This document shows, piece after piece, positions 63,399-64,000 of a DNA stretch of 64,000 bases. The DNA is from Nitrospirota bacterium (GTDB taxonomy: Bacteria; Nitrospirota; UBA9217). Under the pieces are notes generated by a model. It searched no databases. It saw only the letters and a list, made by a program, of their open reading frames with translations, and was not told the origin of the DNA. How positions within the stretch are numbered: the stretch's first letter is position 1; each line of letters starts with the position of its first letter. Position numbers and translations under genes: made by a program. The stretch is from the NCBI GenBank assembly GCA_963818475.1, contig CAWFSF010000005.1:160001-224000 (forward strand), read 5' to 3'.

Positions 63399-64000
63399 TC
63401 ACTTCCGCATTGCCGCTGCAATCACCTGCACCGTATGCAGAACCACGGCGTCCGACCCGGCCCGCTTGAGCGATTCCGCCAGCTGCATGCGGCAGCCGGG
63501 ACAGCCCGTGACCACGACCGGCGCTGCCGTACCCATGAGGTCCTTTGCCCGGGCGTCGCCGATGGCATTGGAGAGACGGTGGTGGTTGATGCGCATGACG
63601 CCGCCGAACCCGCAGCACTTGCCGGGATGCGCTGCTTCGACAAGTTCGATCCCGGGAATGGACCGCAGCACGGACCGCGCCGTCTTCGCCAACCCCTGTC
63701 CCCTGCCAAGATGACAGGGCTCGTGCCAGGTCACGCGCTGCGTCAGCGTCCCCAGCGGAAGTGCGGGCATGACCTCTGCCAGCACTTCATGGATGTCCAG
63801 CACCGGCACCGGAGGCGCTCCCGAAAGCGCGAGCAGTGCAGGATATTCACTTTTGAAAGTCAAGCCGCAGGAGGCGCAGGCGGTCACCACCCGGTCTACC
63901 GAAAGCGACGCAAAGAGCCGCTGGTTCTGCTCCGCCACTGCCCGCGCCGCTTCACGGTCGCCGAGCGACAGGAGCGGCCTGCCGCAGCATGCGGCATCGT
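63399..64000 (-). CDS. CCG-domain Fe-S oxidoreductase (GlcF-like), 3' part
   Basis: CCG motifs, TACASC, HEPCHL, GCPGC; starts outside the window. Confidence 0.85.
   Translation of the reverse strand, partial: DAACCGRPLLSLGDREAARAVAEQNQRLFASLSVDRVVTACASCGLTFKSEYPALLALSGAPPVPVLDIHEVLAEVMPALPLGTLTQRVTWHEPCHLGRGQGLAKTARSVLRSIPGIELVEAAHPGKCCGFGGVMRINHHRLSNAIGDARAKDLMGTAAPVVVTGCPGCRMQLAESLKRAGSDAVVLHTVQVIAAAMRK

Noticed and set aside
1-64000. Numerous frameshifts (rpiB, Hsp70, Rhs, pirin, ligD, ku, SRPBCC) as programmed frameshifting or mass pseudogenisation
   Set aside because: Single-base indels scattered across unrelated, otherwise intact genes, some at homopolymers, fit long-read consensus error better; read data are needed to decide

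Overview
Accessory-rich 64 kb window from a probable anaerobic Gram-negative bacterium. Nitrospirota or Desulfobacterota is inferred from gene content only. Many genes carry single-base frameshifts, probably long-read indel errors. Main blocks: (1) a low-GC Ser/Thr kinase island with a group II intron remnant and RAYT/REP debris (3.3-11 kb); (2) redox genes: mono- and 11-heme cytochromes, a UGA-containing C-GCAxxG-C-C protein, HiPIP, a Tat beta-propeller and DUF305; (3) a 22 kb minus-strand polymorphic toxin locus with a 14-repeat RCC1/Ig/FlgD protein, a Cys-rich protein, a signal-peptide Rhs and four orphan Rhs-CT/immunity modules; (4) signalling genes; (5) an NHEJ cluster (two Ku, split LigD, DUF72) followed by an unannotated, highly structured ~294-nt RNA-like element with its own -10 box and intrinsic terminator, the top candidate for something undescribed; (6) an ExtKL-type pentaheme selenocytochrome with in-frame UGA and SECIS-like hairpin; (7) housekeeping genes at both ends.
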